NCBI GenBank assembly: GCA_000165425.1
Contig: CT867985.1
Coordinates: 620,001 to 684,000 of the forward strand
Direction of reading: 5' to 3'
Source: Paramecium tetraurelia
Lineage: Eukaryota
DNA: 64,000 nt
The notes under the pieces are model-generated. The model saw nothing but the letters and a program-made list of their open reading frames with translations, was not told where the DNA came from and made no database searches. Both the position numbers and the translations under genes were made by a program. This document shows, one piece after another, positions 38,543-53,663 of the stretch (position 1 is its first letter; the number at the start of each line of letters is the position of its first letter).

Positions 38543-38823
38543 ATTTAAATAATTAATTAAATAACTTTATCCACAATTTTACTTAAAAATCAGAAAGAAC
38601 ATTCAAGAACTATCAGTATTTAATACCTAAAAACATATTCACTTGAATATATAGTTGTTTATCTTCTTCTAAGATATTAAAATATTATAATATTTTTAAA
38701 AGTCAAACTTCTTCAAATATCTGCTCTCTTTATCTTTAATCCATTCAAGAAAGAGTAATAATTAAATAAATGCTAAAATTTATAAGAGCCATTAATTCAT
38801 GATTAATTATAATTAAAATAAAT

Positions 38824-39548
38824 TCAACAGCAACTTGATTCAGATTTAGGATTCAATTCACTGCCCTTTGGAGTTGTAGTATTAGAGATTAAGGCAATAA
38901 CCTTTTAGTTTTATGGTTGTTGTTTAATTTAAGATGTACTAATTTTAAAACTTTTATAGGCCTACTAATCTTGTTATATAGTGGAATCCTATTTAGCCTT
39001 TGCTCCTAATTCAAAGGCTGTTTGAAAAGCCTCCTTAAGACCTTCTCCAGTTTTGGAGGAAGTTAATAGCATAGGAAAATCATAATTAAAATTAGCTTTC
39101 CATGCATTTTATACTTGTTAAAGTTACTCTTAAGTATATTTGGTGGGTAGATCTTTTTTGGTCCCAATAATAATTATTTAAATATTTTACGGGCCTTCTT
39201 CTCTTAGCAATTAGATCCAGGTGGCAACATTTTCGAGAGAATTGGACTCACTCAAATCAAAGCAAATCATTGCTGTATTTGCATCCTATAAATATCTTCA
39301 GGGAATGCATATACTTTGGCTGAAAATTTGACCATCTTAATATAGATTTCCTATCCAGCTGTGTCCCATATAGCAATATCGTAAAGCTGATTGTTAATCT
39401 TTACATTTTTCTCCATATTCAAATCAATTCCAATAGTGTTGACAGAATCTGTAGAGAACCTGTCTGTTTTGAATTTGATGATTAAACTTGTTTTGCCAGC
39501 ATTTGAGTTTCCAAGAAGAATAATTTTTAGATTTTGATTTTCTTCCAT
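38824..39548 (-). CDS. Rab-family small GTPase (divergent)
   Basis: GNSNAGKTS, TIGID, WDTAGQE, GTKKD, TSSKTGEG, C-terminal SSCC prenylation motif. Confidence 0.9.
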
Positions 39549-39580
39549 ATTAGTTGATAAATAATTAATATACATACTTT

Positions 39581-40985
39581 TCAATCAAAATCCAGTTTAC
39601 CAATGACTCCATTCAATGGTTTTGTGTCAACTTCTGAAGTGTCATCACTCATAGAACTCACATTGCCTGAGGATGAGGAACTGATGTCTTACTGTTTGCA
39701 AATGACAATGGAGAGTCCTCCGAACTTCTTCTTATATTGGTTTTATTAATTAATAGAATTTTGGGTTCCTTCTTGCCTTTCTTGTATAGCAGGCAATTAG
39801 TTTGCAGTCGTATTTCTACTGGTGGGGAATGCAAAATGCTTCATCGTTGATTTTCCTTATCTATCTGGAGAGATAGCATCTGTAATTGAATCTTACTTCT
39901 TGATTTATTGAATAAATGCCATATTATCAACACTGCCAGCATGTTTTAATTTACTGATTCTGACAGGACTGAGGGATGTACTATTTCTCTTCTTGGGTCT
40001 GAGTAGATGAATCCAATCAAATTATAATTGTAGATCATTTTGGCCTAATAATTAAAAAAATGGTTGTTTCAATAGATCATAATTAGGGAATTCATGAGGA
40101 GACAGCAACCTGATGGCATGATATAATTATAGGAATTATTCTGGGAATCCCTTTAATTCTCTTTCAGGGACGAATCTCTGTTTTATTTCGTAATAATATT
40201 TGAGTTTCTCTGAGCGTTTCACATTAGGTTAAGAAGGCAGAAATTTGCCAGAGGTAATGATGTGTAACAAAACATAGAATAAGGATTCTAGGTCATCTCT
40301 GGGACAAGGAACTTAGATATAAAGGATGTTAATTTACATTGTTTTAAATGTGTCCCAATGGATGAGAATTTATTGATATAAAGGTTGAGTTTGTTTTTGT
40401 TGTTGAGTAGGATCTTGCCGTTTTTATCCATGTATTTTGAGGAATATTCGAAGTGAGTGAAATAGATATCAGATGAGAGAGTAGTAATTAGATTGGATAA
40501 TTTTAAGCATCGATGGATTACATTTAAGGAATGCAATTATGAGAGATGAGTAATCTTAACTTAGTTAACACAGCATTACCATTTTCAAAGCAATCAAAGC
40601 AGTAGTCTAAATTGAAAATTTACGCTTCATCAATTAAAAACACAATTTCAATGAGGGTCCTGCTTTCTATTGTACAATGTAATGATAAGAGGTTTCTCCT
40701 ACTTTGAGAATGCCAAATTGGTGAATGTTAGGAGTGATACCATCTTATTTAGAGTATGAATTATACTGTCGCTGGTTTTTTTATATAATCTGCAATAGCA
40801 CTATGACTGATTAGTAACCTATTTTAATGTGTTCCAAAGTATACTATCTATACTAGTATGTCAGCACTTTTGTGATCATCTTTGACTAGCACTGCATTAT
40901 AGTAAACAGAGTTTCTACCAGTATAATAAATAGATGTTAGCAAATATTAATCATCTATAATTACGGGTTTATCATTTTTAAGCAT
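39581..40985 (-). CDS. Casein kinase 1-like protein, probable pseudokinase
   Basis: CK1 hallmarks GPSLKLCF, FSSIGTHL, RDDLESLFYVL, PHEFPNYDLL; no GxGxxG, HRD is HRC and DFG is HFE. Confidence 0.8.
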
Positions 40986-41033
40986 TTAGAAACTTAATTA
41001 ATCTATAATAATTTAATTAACTATTTTTCAAAA

Positions 41034-42052
41034 ATGGACATAGACAGACATATTGCTACACTCCTAAACGGAGGGTGTTTACCAGAGCGAGACCTCAAAC
41101 TGATCTGCGATAGAGCAAAGGAAATCTTTCTTGAAGAATCCAACGTATAACCGGTACGTGCACCTGTGAATGTGTGTGGAGATATTCATGGTATCATCTT
41201 GTTAATAACATCCAGGTTAATTCTACGATTTGCAAGCTCTCATGAAAGAAGGTGGAGATATCTCCTCTGCCAACTACATCTTCATCGGCGACTTCGTTGA
41301 TCGAGGATATAATTCTGTTGAAACCATGGAGTACCTCTTGTGTTTGAAAGGTAACATGATTATTTTGAATCTTAGTCAAGTACCCTGGCAAGATTATGTT
41401 GCTTCGTGGCAATCATGAATCCCGTCAATGCACTCAGGTCTACGGTTTCTATGAAGAGTTGCTTCGTAAATACGGTAATTGCAGTCCATGGAGATTATTT
41501 ATGGATGTATTCGATTGTCTTCCACTGGCAGCTTTGATCGAGGGTTAAATCCTATGTGTTCACGGTGGTTTATCGCCAGACATGAGAACAATTGACCAAA
41601 TAAGAACCATTGACAGAAAGGTAAATCAAAATATAATAATTTCTCCCATTTTAGATTGAAATCCCCCATGAAGGACCCTTTTGTGATTTGATGTGGTCTG
41701 ATCCAGAAGAAGTAGAATACTGGGCTGTGAATTCCAGAGGAGCTGGCTATCTATTCGGAGCTAAGGTGACTAAGGAATTTTGCAGACTCAATGATCTCAC
41801 ACTTATTTGCAGAGCACATCAATTGGTCATGGAAGGCTACAAATATTGGTTCCCAGTAATTCTTTAGTCCTATTTTAGGATTAAAATTTAGTGACTGTCT
41901 GGTCTGCTCCCAATTATTGCTATAGATGTGGTAACGTTGCTTCTATTTTGTGTTTGGATGAAAATTTGAATTAAACTTGGAAGACATTCAAAGAAGTTCC
42001 TGAAAGTGCCAAAAGCGTCAACCCAAAAAGTGTATTACCCTACTTCTTATGA
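41034..42052 (+). CDS. PPP6C: Serine/threonine protein phosphatase 6 catalytic subunit (PP2A family, Sit4/PP6 type)
   Basis: [73 protein letters not shown]-terminal PYFL. Confidence 0.9.
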
Positions 42053-42093
42053 AGTATATAATATATTTTGATACTTCTTATGAAGTATATAAT
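42041..42093. repeat. 22-bp direct repeat (period 31) spanning the PP6 stop codon; each copy contains a TACTTC-ttat-GAAGTA inverted repeat
   Basis: tacttcttatgaagtatataat occurs at 42041-42062 and 42072-42093. Confidence 0.9.
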
Positions 42094-42168
42094 CATAAAA
42101 TTAGTATTAATCTATTATGTGATTTTACAATCTCTATCTTTTTCAACACTTGTTTGTTTAATAAAGTA

Positions 42169-44340
42169 ATGAGTGGAGGAACAGCCAATCATGTAAACTG
42201 GGATGTGGGCCATTTTTATTTCGAAAACTTTAGAAATAGTTAATTTAATAATGTTATAAAATGCAGTTTATTCGGTGGGATGGCTTGGATCACAGCCAAT
42301 CATTTCAATCTCCCTTTTACGATATCTTGTTAAGTCAGATGTCGCTGCTCTTTATGCTTCTTAGTTTTTCATTAGACTTTGGTGTATTGCTGCCTTCCTC
42401 ATCGCCTTTATTTAGTATATTTGATGTTTTAATATCCATAGCAAAATTTTGAGCCTGCAACATCCAATCAAGAATTCCCCGCATGAATTGGCTTAACCAT
42501 TCCGGTTTTCATTTTCTCTTGTTTTCACTTGCGCTATATTCGAATTTATTCAATTAGCATTGACAATTCACGCAGTAACAATCGTATAAAATATAAGTTA
42601 GCCTATTACAGTATCGTTCATTACTTAGCTCTTTACCAATTATTCAGAGCCTTCTTTCGTAGTTGGATCAACAACGTCACTCCCAATACAATATTTTGTT
42701 CATTCCTCCTAATGGCTTTAGTCTATTTACTCGAAGATTGGTTAGTACTCATTCCCAGGAACTGCATTCTAGAATAAGTATCTTTCAGTTAAAAAATCAT
42801 TTGATTGGCAACCTCTTGTAATGGTTATTTGTGCAGCAGCTTCTCATACTCTTGGCATTTGGATGTTTAAGGTTTTGTCAATGAAAATGCATTAAACTTA
42901 AAAAGCTTTTATCGACAGGGTTTCTTGGTCAAACTACATAGCTGACGAACCAGACAAAATCACTTATAGTCTGTGTGTAGTTAACAGTTTGTTCAGCAAA
43001 TACTTCGAGGCTCAATTAAGAATACATTGCGAGACAAATTCTATGTAAATTGATGGACTCTCTTAAAAGGAACTACGATCTTTAATCAAGGACTATTTTG
43101 ATAATCATCTAACTTACAGTTTTCAGTATATGGAGTAATTCAAGATATTCAATTTCAACAAAGAAGGTAATTTAGATGTAATATCTGATAAGCCATTGAT
43201 GATCCTGCCATTTATAAGGAAGAAGACACTTTACTTAGAAGGTTAATTAGGGAGAAGATCTATGAAATCTAGCTTGAGCATCAAAGATACAAGGAATTAT
43301 TTGGCTCTGATAAGTATCTCAATCTCTAATTCGAAATTCTATTTGAAGATTATGGTATACATGAGTACATTTGGGATGACGAAACACCTTATATTTAATT
43401 GATAATTTCATTTTTTGAGGGAATCTTTTGTTTCTGTGCTGCCTTCTATAACCACGAATACGATGACTTATTTTCAAATGGATACTATGTATCAATGTCC
43501 CATGTTTCTTATTATGTATGGATAACTATATTTTTGGGGGTTTTCTAATTGCTAAAAATATTGTACTGATTTAAAAATAATAATGATAGCTCATTTAAAG
43601 TGATGTTTCTGTGGAATGTTCAAACCTATTTTTTTAGTGGCATTTTCACTGAGTTAATTGTGGTGTATATTACAATGCTTTGGATTGAACCTGTTGGATA
43701 TCTATAAGTCTTAGGCTTAATCTTATCTTATAGTATAATGTGTGTATTGTATAGATCTGCTGAAAAAGTGAGAGATCAAAGTAAGCTTAATTTTAATTAC
43801 ATTAGAAAACAAACTCTTCTATTTAAGTTTTATTACTTTCTTGATCAGAGTACAGAAATTTACAGTCAGAGAAGGATCCTAAATAATTCAAATGATGTCT
43901 CTTTGTGCAGAAAGATTAAGTCTCAATGAATTTTTGAATGTCTTGGCTCAAATTCTTTGTACTCATGGAATAGTTAGTTATGATTAATTAAGATAAATCA
44001 AATTCAGTCATTTTGGAGAGAGTCCTTTCTTTTAATTTTAGATTCCATTTATCTTTCAATCTCAACTTAGATATGAAAACAACATTGAAGATCCCTATCT
44101 CCCTGAATTTGATGATGAGCATCTACTTAGAGAAGAGGACAAACAAACAAAGTTTGAAAGGTAATCATACATTCTATTTTAAGATATGTTATTGATAGTA
44201 AATATGAGAATGAGAAATAATCAGTGAAGGATGAAGTCAAATAGTAAGTTATGGAGATTAGAAAATTGAATAAATCGAAAATACTGTAAAGCAACATCTA
44301 GCAATCAAGAATTGTTTAAATTGATGATCATCAAGAGTGA
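42169..44340 (+). CDS. Multi-pass membrane protein of unknown function
   Basis: Long frame under the ciliate code with several hydrophobic segments and tiny introns (e.g. 43563-43589); TGA 44338-44340. Confidence 0.65.
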
Positions 44341-44378
44341 ATTTCATGAAATAAAATTGATAATTCTAATGAATATTT

Positions 44379-45041
44379 TCATTAGTCTATGTATATTTAT
44401 CCATTTCCAAATGATTATTGAATTGCACCTTCAACAAAAAGGAATTCAATAGGTCTGCTTCTCATACATTTATTAGTAACTGTGTAGGCAGTCGTTCCAT
44501 TTTCTTAGATTAGACTCAATGATCCTCCTTCGGGTAAATGAATGGATAACACTTCAAAAGGTAATCCAAAGAATGTCACATTATCTCCTGGACATGACTT
44601 TGCATGTTCTCCCTTGAAATTGCATTCACTAAAAACATAAATACAACCATCTTAAAATGTAGTCACTTTTTCATTGCTATAAACTTTCTCTTATTATACG
44701 CTATTCTCAAAAAGATGATAGTCTGGTTTCTCTGTAGCTCTGACTGCATTTGGATTTGGTTAATCAATAATAAACATTGATTCGACAAATTTGATTGTAT
44801 GCTCACCCGTTTCAGAGGGTGTTAATTTAAGAGCTTCCTCATAGTTCAAGAGAGATGATAACTATTCTTTAATTGAGTCATCTGAACTTCTTCCCAAAAA
44901 TGTGGGTAATCCTTTTTTTTTAATTGTATATATTTCTGTCGATAAATCCTTCTGTTATTTTATATGCTTTTGTTTTTCAAGAAAACTCTCTTGACCTATC
45001 GCTATGGCCAATAGCAAGGCTAATATGTATAATTTTTACAT
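44379..45041 (-). CDS. Secreted protein (220 aa) with C-terminal beta/gamma-crystallin-like domain
   Basis: Intronless ORF; signal peptide MQKLYILALLLAIAIG; GCIYVFSECNFKGEHAKSCPG...VLSIHLPEG...KCMRS. Confidence 0.75.
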
Positions 45042-45265
45042 ATTAATAAAAACGGATTTATAATATATATAAAATATATCTCTTTCCTTCTTGATAAAAT
45101 GTTAAAGAATGAAGTATACCCTTCGTTATTATTATCTTTTGGAAAAAAAAAATATATATAAAAATAAAGGATGCAAAAATTTGATTTGGGCATAAAATAA
45201 TTTTCCAAAATTCTAATTCTAAATGTATAGATGACGAAAATAACAAATTTAATTTATCTTCTGCT

Positions 45266-46638
45266 ATGTCAGCTCGAACTCAGTATAATGAAGATATATA
45301 GAAACAATTAATTGAAGTTGTCGAAACGTATGGAGGAAAAAAGTGCAAAAGTTGGACTTAAGTTGCTCGTATTTTCGAATTAACAACCGGTATCAAAGTG
45401 TAAAATACATTTGATTTAAAAAAAAAGTTATTGAAATTTGTTATCATAGATGGGAAATGTTTACTAATTATAAGGAAGAATTTTCCCAAGAGGAACTCAA
45501 AACCCTATACGCAACTGGAGTTCGATGTAGAGGGCGTCATAAAGCAGGAAACGAAGAATTCTTTAAATTGACTGGAAAAAAGTAAATATCAGTAAATCTA
45601 TTTAGATTGTATGTCAATCAATATAGTAAAATGGTGGGTAATTTCTTATTATAAGCCATCAAGTTGTTGTGCTAGTCCTTTTTCAATCAGATCAAGGTCA
45701 AATATAGGCAATTAGGATAAGAAAGGTTTCACAGTAGAATAAGTTATGTCTCCATACATATTCTCCTAAGAGCAGTAGAAATTAATAGACATCTGGATGA
45801 CTTCCTAGTTCAGGAGTTGAAGCGATCAGCTGAAAAGTTTGAATAATTGCTCTTAATCCAAGCTGAACATCATGAAGATGAAAGAATCGACAGGTTTTAA
45901 CATTATAGAAAAGTCATTAACAGAAGAGAATTCAAAAAGATAGCCTTCTTTCTTGATTATGTGAATGAATTAAAATAAATTAGCATCAATTTGTATTAGG
46001 ATTAGGTAGGAAGGCATCCTTTGTTGTTTCCTTAAATTGAAGAAAATAAATCATCAAAGATCTATTAATTATTGATCTGGGAAAATGATTGGCAATCAAA
46101 ATACAACTTATTCTAAGAATGTGCAGCCAAATCTGATTGGGAAGAATATTCAATGTTAATTAAGAAGAACAAAAAAAATGAAGATAACAAATAACTTAAA
46201 AAAAAACCTAATTAATAATAACAATAATAATAATAATTGTAATTAAAATAAAAGTAAAAATCCTATGAAATTATTAACTCAGAAGAAATTGAATCTGAAA
46301 CCAATAAATTGAAATAGAATTCTTATGATCTGATTTCAACAGCTACACATAAGGTTTGTAATAATGCTTCCAAATAGCAAATTAAATAAATGGATAAATA
46401 GGAATTGAAATCTTTTAGGGGTCATTATTATAGAGAAGGTCAAATTAGAACAAAAGGATTAACTACTATCTTATTTGATACAGACATGAAGTCAGATGAG
46501 GAAGAGGCAAATCAATTTGAAAACATAGAAGAAAATAGAAAAGAGTTTTTTGACAAAATGGAGGAATTGTATGATTATGTTTTTGGAGGAAAGGCCAATT
46601 TAGTCTCATTTGAAAGGAGCTAACCAATTCCTTATTGA
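45266..46638 (+). CDS. Divergent Myb/SANT-like domain protein (start uncertain)
   Basis: YNEDIQKQLIEVVETYGGKKCKSWTQVARIF...DLKKKWE, then FSQEELKTLY; two introns; TGA 46636-46638. Confidence 0.6.
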
Positions 46639-47146
46639 ATTTCAGCAATTTAAATTAATTTCACAATATTCATTTTAACAAAGTTTAGTTTTCAAGATTT
46701 TGATATAAACATATATAACATCTTAAATATTAAAATAAATTCATTTCTCTTAAGATTTACAGTAAAAGTTCAACAAATTGATGCAACACTCTATTAGCTT
46801 TAGTATATTATTGCAAAGCTCTAAGAGAAATACATAATAAATATATTAAGATAGTTAACTAAATGAAGAGACAATATAGCGATATTAAAATATTAGATGA
46901 AACCCTTTTAGGAATTATTTTATTTAGAATTAGTAAAAAGGTTTCATGAAATCTTATTTTAGGAAATTAGTAAATTCTTCAATAAAGTTAAAATAAATTT
47001 AGCGTATTAGATGATATAATGTAAAATGTAATTTATGAGAAATGATATTAAACTAAATAAAAATCATACGTCATTATAAATATTTCATCATATATATATG
47101 GCACATAAATTTATATCATAAGATATATTAAAAATAGTGAAAGACA

Positions 47147-48393
<1,247 letters not shown>

Positions 48394-49041
48394 AAATTTA
48401 CAAAAAATTATATGTAAATATATATAAATATATAATATAAAAAACACCTAAATTTATTAAAGGAATTCCTTTAATTCATAAATTTCTAGACTCTCAATTA
48501 TTATTGAGTATTTAAAGGAGATTTTGTTTGGTTTAAATTCTCAGATTTAAAAGGAAAAGAGATTGTTTTTTTCAACATAATTTTTAATTTCTTAGAATTT
48601 TTGTTATGATCTATAAAATGAGATTCTATTTCTTTTTATTCTATATTTAAATTTATTGATGATTAATTTTTCTATAATTTATGTCTAAAACATGGATGAA
48701 TTAATGGTATTCATTATAAAATCTACTTCTACTTGATATAAACTAACATAGTAATTAATGAATATTAATCTATATCCAAATAACTAATAAATCAAGTAGT
48801 AGTTTTATAATGTTTCTAATTCAAACTATTATTTAGTTAATATTTTTTTATTAAGTTTGCTAAATAAAAAAAAAAAAATAATGCATAAAATATATTTGAC
48901 CTTGTAAAAAAATAAAATTGATGATTTTTTTATCATTTTTGATTCAATCTATGTTTAAATCTAAAATACTAAATTCTATAATCATCTGAATAAAATATGT
49001 ATAATAAGAATCTAAAATTTTTATTATTAAAATTAAAAATT

Positions 49042-49981
49042 ATGGAAGAATCAGAATATCCACAATTATTATTTGAAAAGCATGATCAAAATAAATTCAA
49101 TAAATATGAGGAAATTCAAAATCATTAAGGTTTTAGACTTCCTGATGAATAGACTAACACTATTTATTTATTGGATTAAGATGGAGGGTAATTAGACTTT
49201 TTAACTTAGTTGGTGCGATCTAGATGGTTGTTACTATGATTCTTAAGGCTAACCAAGTGGTTGGATTGCATTGTCTAAAGATGGAAAAAAATATATGAAA
49301 TTTAATATGAATTCTGATTTGCTTATAGAATCGTCTAATATTTATTATTCTAATCATACATTTGATGCTGCACACTCAGAATAATATTAACAACTATATC
49401 AGAGCAACAATAAAAAATAATTAAAAGAAAATTAATAACCAGAAGTTTAATGTAGAAAATAATAAGATTAGGAAAATAAAAATCAGTAATAGAATTTAAA
49501 AGGATATAAAGATAAGCAAAAAGTAACAGAAAACTAAAATGATAAAATGGATAATGCTACAGAAAATGTGAAGGAATAATAATAAACTAAAAATTAATTA
49601 TAAGAAAAAGGTGAAAAATTTGAGAATGAAATTCAATAATTTAGAAATAGGGGCAATAAAGAACAAAAAAATATAAAAAACAGCAAAAATAACAAAAATA
49701 ACAAAAATATCAAAAATAACAAAAATAGCAATAGGGATAATTAAAATTCAAAGAATAATGAGACTTAAAAATATTATTCATTAGATATTTAAGAAAATAC
49801 TTTAAGCAATGAAGATTTTGTGAAATAATTAATTGAAGTGTATAAAATTAAAAAAGATTGCATCATAGAATTCAATGAGAAAATCTTAAAATTAGTTTCA
49901 GAAAAGGATGCTGTTAAATTATATAGAGCAAATAAAAAAGAATAAAACGATAAAGTTTAGAAATTTATTGTCTCCATTTGA
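49042..49981 (+). CDS. Hypothetical protein with N/K/Q low-complexity middle
   Basis: One 22-nt intron gives DGGWCDLDGCYYDSQGQPSGW; KNx 9-nt repeats at about 49665-49730; TGA 49979-49981. Confidence 0.65.
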
Positions 49982-50787
49982 AAATTAAAAATCTATAACA
50001 AATATTAAATTTAATCGATAACACCATAAGAATATACAACTTTCTATAAATTGTCTTTTATTTTTGTTTATCCATTCTTATAATCTCATTAAAGGTAATT
50101 ACAAAGTTTTTATATGTAAAGTGTCCACCATTAAAATGTGTTATTGAAGCATTATATAACCATCGAATGGGAATTTCATCTTAATGTCAAACTTCATGAT
50201 ACTCTAATAATAATGATGAAATCATAATTAAAAATTAGATTTTGAGTTGGATGAATATTGAAATCCATATAAAGAACAAACGTTTTTTTACAGATGCTAG
50301 CAATAATAATTATTAAGATTATCAAGATAGTGGGATCTAATGTGCAGTAGATATTCTAATAATTGAAAAATCAATTTTGTTTCAAGATATAGAAGTTTTC
50401 TTTAGAAATTCTGAGAAAAATTTGAATTATTTATTCATTAAGAGTATAAATGATTTTATCTACAAAAAGTGATTATAGATTTAAATAATTATTTGTCCAT
50501 TTGGAAAGAAGATTTCGCTAAAGCTGGTTGACAACTTTCCATAATTTGAATGGTTGAGAGTAGACCAAAATTTATGTATTTATAAAATCTGATTAAAATA
50601 TATGATTCAAATATAATCAAAAATTCTTAATAAGGATTCTATTATAAATTTAATGAAATAGTCTAAACAGCCTTAAAATTAAGCTCATGATGATTAATTC
50701 TCCGGATCCAATACTCCAAATGTTCATGGCTTATTTTTACCGTAAACCATGACAATGGGTGTAATATATTGAATAAAATGAAAGTAA

Positions 50788-51992
50788 ATGTCCGAAGACA
50801 GAAAGGGAGAAGATCAAAGATTAAAATTAATAAGAGCTTCGACTGATCCGTATGAGGCATTCAAAGATGATGACTTTTTGTATCCAACTAAAGAAGATGA
50901 GATGTCTCTGTGGCAAAAATATTCAGGAGATTATATTTAAGGAATGCCTGTATTGCCAACAGGAAAATGCAGTTTATTTTGTAACATAGTTTGCTGTTTT
51001 TACTTCCTTATCTTTGGTTTAGTTTTTGTAGGAATAGCAGGCAGTATAACCGAAGTAATAATAATTATATACATGCAGATTAGATTGAATTATGGAAAGG
51101 AATGTGAAGGCAAGTAGCAATGTATTGTTAATTTTGAAATTGAGAAAAACACTTATGGACCATTCTTTATATACTATGAATTAAATGAGTTTTACACAAG
51201 TCACTCTGAGTAATATTAGAAAATTAATAGATAAGTTTTGCGTAATCAATTAGTCCAAAATAAATGAAGGGTTAAGAATTGACAGATGAAGAATATGATG
51301 TATATTGTCCTGACACTTAATCTTTCGAATCTCTCTAGAGACCTGTTGGGTTCAATAAAAGTTATGCTGGTTTTATGGTAGACTTGAATAAGAAAGTCAG
51401 TCCTTGTGGTATAGCAGCTAAATATATTTTTAATGGTATATAAAATAGATTAAACTAGATTCTTTCCTACTCTTCGATGCTAACACTGAAACTGCCACAT
51501 CTTTAGCTCTTAATTCAACAGGGATTGCGTTTTCTGTTGATTTAGATTATAAGTATTCTAGATCTTAGAATTCTTAATTTAGATAATGGTTGGATCTAGA
51601 TGATGGTATGTCATACTTGATATTCTATATAGAAAAAATCATAAATTGGTTTAATATTCAATCCTTACCGCTGGTTAGAAAGCTCTATGCTAGATATGAT
51701 AATGATTTAGCAAAGGGAACCTACAGTATTGTAATTTAAAATAGTAAATATTTTTAATTAAGTTTTAGATTATCCAACCCAGATATTTGGGGGAGAGAAG
51801 TTTATTATCGTTACTACGCTGTCTTCATTTGGTAGTAAGAATTTTTCTTTTGGCTATTTGCTAATTGCAACAGCTGGTGTCTAGTTTATAAGTGCTATAG
51901 TTGTGTATATCAAACACAGAATTGTAGAGAAGAAAGAAAAACATGAACAAAAAATCCATGCTGATTTGAAACTCAAAGAAAAATCAGATTGA
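50788..51992 (+). CDS. CDC50: CDC50/LEM3-family P4-ATPase beta subunit
   Basis: TM1, GPFFIYYELNEFY, PCGIAAKYIFND, GIAF, INWFNIQSLPLVRKLY, YPTQIFGGEK, SSFGSKNFSFGYLLI (TM2). Confidence 0.9.
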
Positions 51993-52178
51993 TATTTTAT
52001 ATAGATATAAAAATTATTATCAAAATGAACTACATTTTCAATATAATTACGGATATTTATCAGTTATCACTATAATAAAATATTTCTTGCTTTATAGAAT
52101 GCTGTAATTAATCTATCGATGAAACCTTGTTTTAATTTATTTTTGTCAAGGAATATATTTATAATTTAATTTTGATAA

Positions 52179-52571
52179 ATGATGAAAACAAGAAAGCTAA
52201 TGAGAATAGTAGAGCAATAAACAACTGAGATGCATGAATAACCCTTCGAAATACATACAAAAAATTACAGTCTCTAGAAATAAAATAGAAAATAAGAAAA
52301 AATAAAATACAATTATCTCCCTAAAGTTGATAATTTTCTAAATAAGGATCCCTTTCTAAATACTTTGAAATTAACAACATTGGATTTGGTACAGAATTTT
52401 GACTATATGGATCCTAATGATGTTACGTTTCAACTCAATGAAATGGCCAAACAAAAATCATTCATACAATAAACCAAACCCTTTAATCGAATACATCAAA
52501 GATCGATGCCTAAACAAAGAAGTAACAACAAATATCTATTTGAACTTTCTAGAACAACTAGAATTAATTGA
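52179..52571 (+). CDS. Small basic hypothetical protein (130 aa)
   Basis: Intronless 131-codon ATG..TGA frame under the ciliate code, after an AT-rich leader. Confidence 0.6.
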
Positions 52572-53663
52572 TTTATATCTTATATTTTAACATTTCTACT
52601 CACAAATAAATCATTCTATAATCATACCAATTGAGGATCAATTTTCAAAATCTTAAATAAGTGCTTAATTATTCTACTTTCTATTGAAAATGGAAATCAC
52701 ATTATTACTTAAATAATAGAATGGCATAATATCCAGTAATATTAGTATATAATAGCACGTGAGATCAATTTTTAAATTTATATAAGACTTCATTTTAAGT
52801 AATTAAAAATAACCATTAAATTAAAAATTCTCAAAAATTCAGTGATTCATTCTCAAAATACAACTAAAATTTTTAAGTTCATAAGAGTTTGATTTAGGAG
52901 ATGTATACATGATTACATTTTAGTTGTTATTCATAATTTGTAAGACATAAAGAGTATAATAATATCAAATATATAATATAAATATATAATTATGAGTTAG
53001 TCATTTCCAGTATATTTTATTAATATCTACCAGTTAACTAATTAAAATTGATTTTAATAATATTTCACAATTAGATGCCTTATTCTACTCCTATTTCTGG
53101 TTCCACAATATTTTTTAATCGTTTTTAAGATAGGCCATGATTTAAAATTATGTCTACCAAGTTTTTTTTAAATCCATTTGAACTTTTCAAATTACTTAAT
53201 TAAAAGTAAAATAACACAAGCTATGGCAAAATTATATGGTTGTTACTTTATTAGTCTGATATTCCATAGTTTCAAAAAGAATATTATATTACCTTAGAAT
53301 GCTTAATATTAATTGAATATTTTGATTCATAAAGATAAAAAATTATTAACCAAACATAAATTTTAAAGTAATAAAAGGTATTGGGCTAATTAATAGTTAA
53401 ATCAGAGAATATATGAATATTTTATTCTACATTTAAAATCGTCATAAATATATCATTTGTTTTAAAAAAGTACTTTTATTTTAATCCATTTCACTACGAA
53501 ATCAATGCAAACAAAGCATAAATACAAATAACAATTATAATAAAATTTAATATGTTATTTTTGTTAATTATGAATATGCATAGACATCCATCATTAATTA
53601 TAAATAAAGAATACTTAACGAAATTCTACTTGAAAGGCATTGCATTAATTAAACTTTTATAAT

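Noticed and set aside
42169..44340. RING-CH/MARCH ligase call from an N-terminal Cys-rich reading
   Set aside because: The Cys spacing does not fit a RING and depends on the intron choice, so it is left as an unknown membrane protein.
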